A stretch of DNA of 63,949 nt, counting the filler, from Pelomyxa schiedti (lineage: Eukaryota > Protista > Evosea), in NCBI GenBank assembly GCA_020536535.1. It is 8 parts of 8 records of this genome, joined end to end, with 100 filler letters (N's around TTAATTAATTAA, not from the genome) between each part and the next. Parts side by side here need not be neighbours in the genome. Positions count along the whole stretch, not along the records: positions 51,352 to 55,052 come from JAHLWZ010001704.1; positions 55,153 to 56,350 come from JAHLWZ010002708.1; positions 56,451 to 57,823 come from JAHLWZ010002561.1; positions 57,924 to 62,556 come from JAHLWZ010000608.1; positions 62,657 to 63,949 come from JAHLWZ010002614.1; 3 more parts are not named here. The stretch is one strand, 5' to 3'. The position numbers and the translations under genes are program-made. The notes below the pieces were generated by a model. That model did not search any database, was not told the origin of the DNA, and was given only the letters and a program-made list of their open reading frames with translations. Positions 54,163 through 63,949 of this stretch are shown here, in pieces; positions within the stretch are counted from its first letter, which is position 1; each line of letters begins with the position of its first letter.

Positions 54163-55052
54163 TCAGAGGAAGGAAGTGGTTATCAACACAGAAGCTGGGG
54201 CACAGAACAGGCACAGTGTGAGTCCTGTCTCTGAATCAATCACAGCCCTGGACATTACTGATGTGCCTGGTGATGGTGTCAACTTTGAGTCAATGGCAAG
54301 GCCACGGTCCAGGATGGTCTGTTGTGGCACACCATCTGGGAAAACCACTTCACCTGTGAACACATTGTAGGTTTGCCTGTCCAGCCTGACAAGCTTGTTG
54401 CTGACCTTCTCAACACGCTCAGATGCATCCCCCAGCTTTGTCCTCTTGCCTGTCAACAAGCAAACTGAAAAGACACTGAATGTGCTCGTCACTCCCTGTT
54501 GCACCTGGTTCAAAACCATTGCGTGACCACTTCCATCGACGAACAGGAAGGGGTCGCAGTAACTACTTGGCGGAATGACACCCTCTGGGCCCTCCCTCAC
54601 AACAACCACGGAGCCAGTTGAGAAGCTCTTCTGCAGGTCCACAGTGAGGAGCCTCCTGCTGTAGCGGACATCTCTGTGCGAAAAGAACACAAGTGCCTCG
54701 TCACCAGGCCCTATGAGGCCAGGCTCGGTGCGCGAGAACACAACGTCCACGTTGCTGTGTGTGTTGAGCTTCACCCACTTATCGGTCGATGAAGGGCTAG
54801 CAGTTACTGGTTCGCTGGACTCTGTGGTGTCGTCTTCTTCATCGTTTGATTGGCTCAATTCAGGCAGCCTGAGGACGGAGAGCATTCCGGACTCCCATGC
54901 CACGACCCACTTATGGTTGCCCCAGAACCTGTCGGGCATGAGCTTTGGCTGCTGTATCTCATCTTCCAATTGTGGGAAGCAGCCCTGTGCCACGTACAAC
55001 ACCTGCAGCTGCCTCCTTGGCACGCTCCACCGGTCGTAGATCTGGGCCAGGA
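54163..55052 (-). CDS. 'RDQF' family copy 7, 5' end cut by the gap
   Basis: Open frame with FWGNHKW, VDVVFSRTEPGLIGPGDEALV, TVDLQKSF and VIDSETGLTL. Close paralogue of copy 6. Confidence 0.75.
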
Positions 55053-55152
55053 NNNNNNNNNNNNNNNNNNNNNNNNNNNNNNNNNNNNNNNNNNNNTTAA
55101 TTAATTAANNNNNNNNNNNNNNNNNNNNNNNNNNNNNNNNNNNNNNNNNNNN

Positions 55153-56040
55153 GGTCGTTTCAGGATTTGCTCAACGTGAGTGAGCTTTTGGTATATATCT
55201 TCATTTGTGAGCGCTGCAGCACCTTCACTCGGTTCGTCACCTTCCTACAGTTCCAATTGAGAAATTAGAAGTCCACAAGTAGACATTCTATCTCTATCTC
55301 TATATCTTCATCTACAGCCATATCTCGCATGGGAAACCAGATTTTGCCACCACACACACACACACACACACACCGACACGATACATACCGCGAGCTTCTT
55401 TGCCTTTGCACGGGGACCCTCCATAGACGAGTTTGGGTCGTCATCATCGTCACCACCACCATCGGTTGTAGCATTGAGCCCATCACCATCGGCCTCAGTG
55501 TCAGTCTTCTTTGCACCCCCCCTCGACCTGGGCCGCTTCCCCGTCGTCGTGGGCGTCGCCGCGGCGTCCTTCTTGGCGGCGGACCTCGGCTTCCTCGGCG
55601 CCCTGGGCTTCTTGGCCGCCGGCGTGGTCGCCGCCGCCGCCGCGTCGTCGGAGGACGACTTGTTGAGTGCCCCCCCACCACCACCAGCTCCCGCCGCGGC
55701 CGCCTTCCCTCGTGGCTTCCTCCCTGCCGCCGCCGCCGGCTTCTTCTTCTTGCCTCCTGCGTCGTAGTCCTTGTCGTCGTCGTCGGCCTTCTTGCCCCTG
55801 GCTCGTTTCCTCGCGGGCGCCTTTGGTTTCTCCTGCACACGCACGCGGTGTAAGTGTGTGCGTGTGTGTGTGTGTTGGTTGGTGTTGGGCGCGATCACGC
55901 ACGCACACGCACACGCAGGCAGGCAAAACAAACAGGCAAGCAAACAAACAAACGCAGATTACCTCGGCGTAGTCCTCGTCATCCTCGTCCTCTCGTTCAC
56001 TGCCTGACGACGACGACCCGCTCTCGTCCGAGGAAGACAT
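55153..56040 (-). CDS. Acidic/Lys-Ala-rich N-terminal part of a probable nuclear protein (3' end unresolved)
   Basis: MSSSDESG...EDYAE|EKPKAPARKRARGKK...AKKPRAPRKPRSAAKK. GT-AG intron containing (CA/GT)n. Confidence 0.5.
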
Positions 56041-57018
56041 GGCTTGCACCCACCCGACAACAAAAAGCTGTGTGAAATTAGCCCAACTAGATCTGAATCT
56101 GTTGGCCCGGCTCAGTCTCCTCTGCCTCAGTGAAGCAGTAGGGCCCCAATCTCCCTTTTTGGGTTGAAGTCTCTTAAGACCTCTAAAGAAAGAAGAAGTG
56201 ATAGAAAAAAGAACAACAATGTCTTTAGCCCTAGCCACCACAAGATGGTCAATACAATTGACCATTGGGCGGCATAGAGCTCACAGATACTCAGAACCCA
56301 TAAGTGACACATAGCTTGTGAACTTGGCCATGGGATAAGTTCTCTGGATANNNNNNNNNNNNNNNNNNNNNNNNNNNNNNNNNNNNNNNNNNNNTTAATT
56401 AATTAANNNNNNNNNNNNNNNNNNNNNNNNNNNNNNNNNNNNNNNNNNNNGGTCAAGTGCCACGGTTGTTACAGCACTGGGCACAGCACCAGCCCTCCTG
56501 TTCCTTGTTGTTCAGTCATGCCTCTCAATTTGTGGTGTGTGTTCGCACTTCCACTCATCCATCACACCAACCAACAACACAGAGAGAAACCGAGTTCCAT
56601 TCACAGTGATAGTGCAGATACTGTACTGCTGTTGCACTTCTGCTGCCATCGCTCTCTCGTTGTCAACACCCTCCCCTCTGGGTCAACAGAGTTGCCATTC
56701 CCTGACCCAGGACCAGGTTGGTGAGAGCATAGCAGAGTGGCTGTACTCCCTCACACCAACAATAGCCTCCATTTCCCCTCCAGATACTCCTGATACAGCC
56801 ACAGTGGGTACAAATTTCTGGTAACAATTCCAATTGTGCTGCAGACGTAGGGCTCACCGGATCTGAGTGACAACCGCGGTGTATGGCTATTATTATTTCA
56901 CAACAATCTGTCATTGAATGCCACAGTGTTAACTCTTCACAGAGGAAAATCGGTTTTGTTTGTTTTCTTCAGGTTCAATTAGAGTGAATGCAGTAGGTAG
57001 GTTTGAGCTGTGTGTACT

Positions 57019-57823
57019 TCAATCACAAGCAGGGTTAAATGCATTGGGATCAGAAAGTGGAATTGAGAAGTCACCAACATGGAATCCAGTGGCTCCATCA
57101 TGAACTGCGACATGAATTTCAGTGGCGTTGCAGTGCTTCACGTTGTCATGTGTTGTTGAGGCAACGAGCCCTGTTGGAAGAATGCTTGGTGATGCCCATG
57201 TGCATGGGATACACAGTGAGGCAGTGCAAAGGTTCTCAGTTGAATAAACCTGGAATTCAGTGTGATCAGGACGAGTGGTCACAAAGAAGTGATGTGAACC
57301 AACAGTAACCACATTTGAGAACTCTGGAAACAGCTTCAGTACAACTCCTGTTGCTGCTTCTCTCAAAAGAAAGATTGCTGGACCATCACCATAGTGCAAA
57401 GTGCACGTGGAACCATCAGGCCTCCACAGTATCCCGCATGGCACGCCATACTTGCACTCCACCCTCGATCTGACAATCAGCTGCCCTCTCTGCCTACAGC
57501 TGGCCTCCAAGTCAATGAATTTCACCCACCCACAGGTGCTGAACACCACAATGACGTCATCACACATCGGTGAGAACTGCAGAGAAACGGCCTCAACGGT
57601 TTTGAAACGCTGCTCCTCTGCCACCCCCACAGAATCGTCACCACCACCACTCATCAATCCACCCACAACCCTCCAAACGCGAATCTCGACGTCGCTGACC
57701 AATCCCACAATCCACTTGCTGTTGCTCACCCACATCGAGAAGCACGGCCACCTCTCCACTTCAGCAAAAGCCGGGGCGCCAGCCGAGCCCTCGAACCCAC
57801 CGGCGAGGCCGGCGACGCCCACG
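57019..57823 (-). CDS. 'RDQF'-related family copy 8 (C-terminal part), 5' end cut by the gap
   Basis: SNSKW, FIDLEAS and VHDGATGFHV match the family C-terminal motifs. Intronless. Confidence 0.65.
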
Positions 57824-58370
57824 NNNNNNNNNNNNNNNNNNNNNNNNNNNNNNNNNNNNNNNNNNNNTTAATTAATTAANNNNNNNNNNNNNNNNNNNNN
57901 NNNNNNNNNNNNNNNNNNNNNNNAGATTTCCCATAATCTGTGTCTGTTGATGGGCTGGTTTTTCACCGACACTGGGAAGTAAGAACACTTCATACCTTCT
58001 CGGCCTTTTGGCTAAGATCAAGTGTAGTATCTGTTCTTTTCAGCTTAATATCTGAAAGCTACCCATTGGGTAGCATCGATATTAAACTTATTTTTTGTGG
58101 GGTTGCTGGGGGTGCCTGGTTGGTGGTGGGGCTTGCTCCGCCGCCAACTTGGGTGCCATCCTGATTGCCCAGGCACTGCACTGCCGCCTCGTGTGGTCAG
58201 CCCCACTTTTACTAATCAAAAAGAAAGGAGTCATCACCCCTGAGATTCCGAGTTGGGCCCATCATCACTCTTCAGAAGAGTGACCCGGTGAGCAACAACC
58301 AGCTACCAACAGCAAACAACCACACTCTTCATCTTCAGTTCAAACCCAAAAAAAGTTTTGTTGTTCATGA

Positions 58371-61079
58371 TCAGGATTGGTCGGTGGCAGTGCTGGGAGG
58401 GGGTACTTCCACATCCGAAATGGGAGCGTCGGTGGTTGTTGTTGTGAGTGAGGGGTCACTATCACCAGGAGGGGGTTGTTGCTCTGTTGTTGAGGGTGGA
58501 GCCTCAACGTTGGTTGTTGATTCCGTGCCGGCCGGATTGGGGGTAGTACTGGCACCGTTGTTTGCGGACATTATGTTCTTGGCCTTCTCCCAGTAGTGCT
58601 CCGCATTCTTCATTGCCAGGAACCTTTTGGCCGCTTGTTCATTCTTGACTGTCTCCACCACGAACTTCTTGAATTCCGGCTTCAGTACCTGCCCCTCCCA
58701 TACTAGGGTGCACCCGGCTGCCGGTGCGGGTGTAGCGCCCAGTGTTGCAGCAGTAGCGGTCGCGTCGGTAGTACTGGGTACTGCGGAATCTCCCCACTTG
58801 ATGCGCCGCAGCATCAGCTTCTTGTATGTGTTGATGGCCTTTTGGCCCCCTTCCACAATGACCACAGAGAACATGGGGGGAGTTCCTAAGACAAGGCATC
58901 CACTGAGAAGGCTGGTCTGAGCAGTAATATCCACCTGTTAGGGTTTAATATGTGGGGGATTTTGAAGTACTACACACCTTGTATTTGTTCCTCCCATCCC
59001 TCAAATCTTCCACCCGGAATACTGCACAGATACAGGCAAGTTTTGCATCTTCTACCAGTTTGGTTTTCTTCTTTTCTTTTCTCTGCTCTTTTGTGAGTTT
59101 TCTAGCCTGGTTCCGGGCCTCGTGATTCTGCTTGCGCTGCTCCACTTCGGCTCGCACTTTCCTCTCAATTTCTGGTACCAAATTAATTTGACACACTTTA
59201 ATTGGGTTGTAGATATACCAGTTGGATCCTGAATGGCTTCGTTTGTGAGAACTCTCATCAAGTTTGTCAGCTTCACTTTCGGCTTAGGTGGAGGCTCCAA
59301 ACCCATCAAGATACGCTCATGCTGCTCCTTCAGTCTTTCTGCTCTCACACGCTTGCGTAACTTCTTTCGCTCTCTCTTTGTGAGCATGAACGGTACAGGG
59401 CCATTGAGTCTGGACTCTGCAGGAGGTTGCTTGAGTGGGGGATGCTCTATGCTTGTTGTGAGGCGGTGAAACTGCAATAATTCTCCTATTTGATGGACAG
59501 CTTCATCAGATAACTCCATTGAGCTGTCTCCTCCCCACCACCCATCTCCCTTTGCGGGCGTTGTTGACGTGGAACTGGGATTCGCGAATGTCGGGAGAAC
59601 AGGGTATTGCCTTGCCTTCACAAATGGTAAATCCCACCACTCGACATCAGGAATGGGAGGATCGACATCATCCTGAAGTGCTTTGGAACCAAGAGAAATT
59701 GTGTTGGGGTCTTCTTCCTCTTCTTCGTCACCTCCAGTTGCTGCAGCGGACTCTTCTGTCATACCAGCACTATCTGCTGTCTCAAGCTTTCCCTGTTGAA
59801 TGAGAACTTCTCGCATAGCCTTCTGCCGCACTCTGTCAGCTTTCTTGATATACGTCCCAGGTTCAATAAATGAAAGATTCCTGCGTGGGCGCTGTGATTT
59901 AATCGCAGATGGACGTGCCATAGAAGGATCGTAATGGTTGTTCTTGGTAATATTGTCACTTTCCTTGGAAACCGACTCTAGCAAGGAGGCCAGCAAATGT
60001 CTAGTTGCGGTTAAAAGGGTGAAAGTAATGAATATGGGAAGTACTTAGTACTTTTTGTTAGCCTTGGTAGTTGTAACAGATATCAGAGCTGTCTTTGAGA
60101 CTGGTTTTCCCAGTTCGTCCAATTCCATACCAGTGGTTGGATCAATCAACAAGGGAGGGGGCTTAAAGCGCTTCTTTCCGCCGAGACCAAGGAACGGCAT
60201 CTGGCCAGGGGTGTGCCACTGTGTGCCCCCGCGTGCCTGCTGCTCTTCCAGACGTTTCTGCGATTGCAGGGCAACAGCCTTGGCCTTTTCTATGGCGTCC
60301 TTCACGTCCTGCGGCTGGTGGGAGAGTATGCGGTTCTGCGCTTCGGTAATTTCGTTCTGCTTCTTCTCTAGTTGAGTCCTCAGGGCAGCTTTGCTGGCGG
60401 CCAGGTTAGCCAGCAGAGACCCCACGTCGATCTTTGGGGCTGGCTTTGCCCCCGGGGGTGCGGGTCCAGAAACAGAAGAAGAAACGGGAACAGCAGAGAG
60501 AGGGTGGTCGAACTTTGAAACCCCATTGCGGGGCCTCTTCCTGGTACTGCTACCACCACCACTACTACCACCACTAGCGGCATCCCTATCCTTGTCCCTG
60601 GTGTCCTTTTCCCTCTTGTCCCTGGTGGTGTCGCTGCCGGTAGAGTGTTTCCTATCCCCCCTCTCCTTGTCCTTGTCCTTGTCCCTGGTATCCCTTGTGT
60701 CCCTGCCCTTTTCTCTTTTGGTCGTCCTATCCCTGTCTCTGTCCCTGTCCCTGTCCCTCTCTTTTTCTCTATCCCTGTCCTTCTTGTCTTTGCTCCTCTC
60801 TTTCTCCTTGTCCTTGTCCTTGTCCTTGTCCTTCTCCTTGGCCTTTCCCCTGTGGTCCCTTTCTCGGTCCCTCTCCTTGTCCCTGTCCCTCGACCCTCGT
60901 GCGTGGTGCGTCGTCGTGGTGGTGGTTGTTGTTGTTGACGCTGTTGTGGGGGCCTCGACACCCCCGGTCGTCGAAGTGGATTGGGGTTCGCCTGTGACGC
61001 GTTTCTTTGGGACCGGCTCGGACGGGGCTGTGCTTGGCGGGTCCGCGTCGTCGCGCTTGCGTTTCCCCGTGTCCCCCAT
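58371..61079 (-). CDS. PRPF3: U4/U6 snRNP protein Prp3, with a long RD/KE-rich N-terminus
   Basis: PDVEWWD, ERILMGLEPPPKPKVKLTNLMRVLTNEAIQDPT, HEARNQARKLT, VVIVEGGQKAINTYKKLMLRRIKW, CTLVWEG. Confidence 0.95.
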
Positions 61080-61229
61080 GCCTTCGCTTTTTTTTTTTTT
61101 GTTGTGCCGAAAATTCAGTGATGGTGGAAAGGATGTGTTAGACCTCGAGGGGAGGAGGTCTATGGAATGTGGCTCTTCGTTAACGAACTGTGAGGTTTTG
61201 GTTATACCATTGAAGTTGGGGGTTGTTGT

Positions 61230-62304
61230 CTAGGGAAAGAGTGACTGCAGTGTTGGGTCCTCAGATAAGTTGGCTGGAGTGAGGCCATCACTGTTTGTCA
61301 AGGAGGGGTCAGCCCCTGACCGTAGCAGCAGGGATACAAGCTCTGCGTGCAGTCAGACTATTATTGCACAACAAGGCACAGTACCGTGGTTAGCAACAGT
61401 GGCATTACAAGCCACGTGGAGCGGGGTCTCCATGTCACTATCCGTGGCATTAATTTCAGCTCCGGCGGCAATGAGCTGCTGTGCAATGGCAGTATAGAAT
61501 GCCTGCGGTACACTTACACCATCACCGCCTGATGCGGCGTTGTGCAGCGGTGTTGTGCCGTCGTCGTCCCTCACGTTTACATTAGCGTGGGCAGCAAGAA
61601 GCACCCTGACGGCACCAAGTTGCCCATACAAACATGCTGCAGATAGTGCCGTCTCTCCTTCTTCTCCTGGTGTATTAACGTCCAATCCACCGGCTGGTGG
61701 TGTAAGGTCACACAAGTGAACCCCATATCTTATTTAATCTTTATATCATCACTAATAAGGAACAGTTTGGTATTTCTAGAAATCGTACGTTTTGTCCAAC
61801 AAGCGTACATACGAGGTTTTTTTTATTTTTAAATTTGTGTAAATGGGAAGGGAGCACACACNNNNNNNNNNNNNNNNNNNNNNNNNNNNNNNNNNNNNNN
61901 NNNNNNNNNNNNNNNNNNNNNNNNNNNNNNNNNNNNNNNNNNNNNNNNNNNNNNNNNNNNNTTATATCATCACTAATAAGGAACAGTTTGGTATTTCTAG
62001 AAATCGTACGTTTTGTCCAACAAGCGTACATACGAGGTTTTTTTTATTTTTAAATTTGTGTAAATGGGAAGGGAGCACACACACCGAGGGCAGCCCTCAG
62101 CGCCGGCAGATCGCCCTTTTCGGCTAACGACACGAATCGACAGCCCTCCTCGTTCCCATCATCGTCTTCGTCGTCGTCCTCGTCGCTCACTACCTCCACG
62201 TTGTCCTCGTCGAGCGTCGGTGGCGCATCGCCGTCGTCGTCCCCACCGTGGCCACCCCCGCCACCACCGTCCCTGCTCGCTGGCGTAGTCCTGTTGGTGT
62301 TCAT
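61230..62304 (-). CDS. Small ankyrin-repeat protein with an acidic N-terminus, multi-exon
   Basis: GETALSAACLYGQLGAVRVLL, GTTPLHNAASGG, METPLHVAC|...LLLRSGADPSLTNSDGLTP. Confidence 0.85.
61862..61961. other. 100-N gap with 121-bp duplicated flank (61741-61861)
   Basis: Read directly. Confidence 0.9.
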
Positions 62305-62656
62305 CAACCCCACGCACGCACCTCGCTGTGAGCCCTAATAGATTGTAGATTCCCCCAGCTCTTTCTCAAAAAAGAACAAAAGTTTCTGTGCCGAAATGAG
62401 CACGAAGCCACGCACAACGACGTCCAAAGGCAAGCCCAAGAAGCCCACCCCTCAGCAACAACCCAGGAGTAAAACTCCACCGCCCCCACACACCAGCAAC
62501 AGCAACAACAACAAGCACCCACAATCGTCGTCGTCCCCCACGCAAACAAAGGCAGCNNNNNNNNNNNNNNNNNNNNNNNNNNNNNNNNNNNNNNNNNNNN
62601 TTAATTAATTAANNNNNNNNNNNNNNNNNNNNNNNNNNNNNNNNNNNNNNNNNNNN

Positions 62657-63949
62657 AATCGTAGGTCTCTGCGATTCGTTAATTAATTAAGTAGTTATTT
62701 CTCAGGGATCCTTACAGCCCTCTGGATTGGCTTCCAAGCAACTCTCTATTAGGCTTTTCTGTGATATAGTTAGAACCAAAATGTAACAGAGAGATAATAT
62801 AAATAAAAGCACCGCACATACCAGTGCCTCTGGAATACGTTCTCCAATGTCCAGTCCTATTGGAAAACGTTCTAGTACCTTGGGTCGATCACCCTTCATC
62901 ACGCCTTTGTACAAAGCACCGACCGCGGCCTTATACTTCGGATCACGCTCATCCTGGACCCCACGAAAATGTTCCACAAAGGGCTGCTTTTCTGTGACTA
63001 ACTCAAATAGTATCAAGCCGAGAGAATAACTGTCAGGGGAGTGAGTGCAAAACACTGAAGAAGGTGGCACTTGCATCTCTAGCTTGAATGTAGTTGCCTC
63101 AGCACCGAGCTTCATTACCTCCGGGCCCAAATATAGATATGTGGGATGCGTTAGAGGGCCTAATGAGCTTGCCAAGTTGTTTAACATACAAGTTCCAGGC
63201 AGATCTCGTGCTGCGAGTGCAAATGGAGCGCACCTAGCTGTGCCAAGGTCGCATATCTTTTTATGAGGATATAAGATAGTATAGTTTATTAATTGTCAGT
63301 AACCTTTCCAGTAAACCTTCTGTCAACCAAAGGATTTTCTGTTCCTCTAGGGAGTGGATAAATCTGCAATTCTTTTCGTATAACACTTTGATATCGTTCA
63401 AGAATGCCAAGGCGCACCCTAATGTGCTGAGAGACACAAGTACAAGCATATCATCATGCAGGAGGGAAATACAGAAGAGAGAAGTGAAGGGAGACATACA
63501 CTTGATTATTGAAAAGCTGACTGATAGTGACAAATCATTGTATCTCGAGTCCTGAGATATCAGTGTCTTAAGTCTTCCATTGTCACTGACCCAGTTGAAG
63601 CAGCACAGAGCACGCAGCATGGAATATCTGATAGTTGTAAAAGTTCCTTGCAGTGATAAGAAGGTAAATTTGATTTGGGAGGAAAAACTGACAACAGAAA
63701 GGTTATGATGTTCCCAGTCAGCCTCTGCTGAAGCCGTGGTATTGGTACAGGTGGCCCTACTACACACTTGTTTATCCAGACTCCCAAATCAAAACAAGAC
63801 CAAATAACTCAAACGCAGCAATACTTTATTCAACACCCAATTACTCAACCAATTTAATGACCATTGTGATCTTGTGGAATCACAATGGAAAGAAACGGAG
63901 ATCTTATAAATGCTACGCAGGGGAATGGTGCCAAAGGTGTCAAGCTTAG
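62657..63949 (-). CDS. Divergent protein-kinase-fold (TKL-like) C-lobe, partial; 5' part lies outside the window
   Basis: ICDLG, LYLGPE, DSYSLGLILFELVTEKQPF, GDRP and LIESCLEANP. No HRD seen. Confidence 0.65.

Noticed and set aside
55340-55880. (CA)n/(GT)n runs
   Set aside because: Ordinary short intronic microsatellites.
62679-62690. TTAATTAATTAA outside an N block
   Set aside because: It lies in AT-rich, probably intronic sequence 22 bp from a join. It is either coincidence or a linker remnant, with no biological inference possible.

Overview
This is gene-dense, intron-rich eukaryotic DNA with short (~40-70 nt) GT-AG introns, many low-complexity exons and 12 assembly gaps. The gene content suggests an amoebozoan, possibly an archamoeba such as Pelomyxa, but that is my inference and is unverified. 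Recognisable genes are U2AF35, Vps34, an EH-domain protein, two PHO84/PHT1-type phosphate transporters, an NRF-6/acyltransferase-3, an MDH1-type malate dehydrogenase, SMP-30/regucalcin and Prp3. Less ordinary content: (1) eight copies of an intronless family with an 'RDQF' motif, an F-box-like helix and a beta-rich domain, two of them frameshifted; (2) an ankyrin + F-box gene; (3) a four-repeat secreted lectin-like gene with an intron at the same position in every repeat; (4) a ~2 kb tandem duplication with a 98-bp inverted templated insert at its junction; (5) an ankyrin/coiled-coil/PINK1-like non-RD kinase; (6) a type II thioesterase with a Cys nucleophile; (7) a RAMA-like + BRCT protein; (8) a CudA-like factor; (9) two TRIM-like proteins. 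I found no convincing tRNA, rRNA, CRISPR array or transposase. All splice models and domain calls were made by eye. Adjacency across the seven N-TTAATTAATTAA-N joins is not proven.
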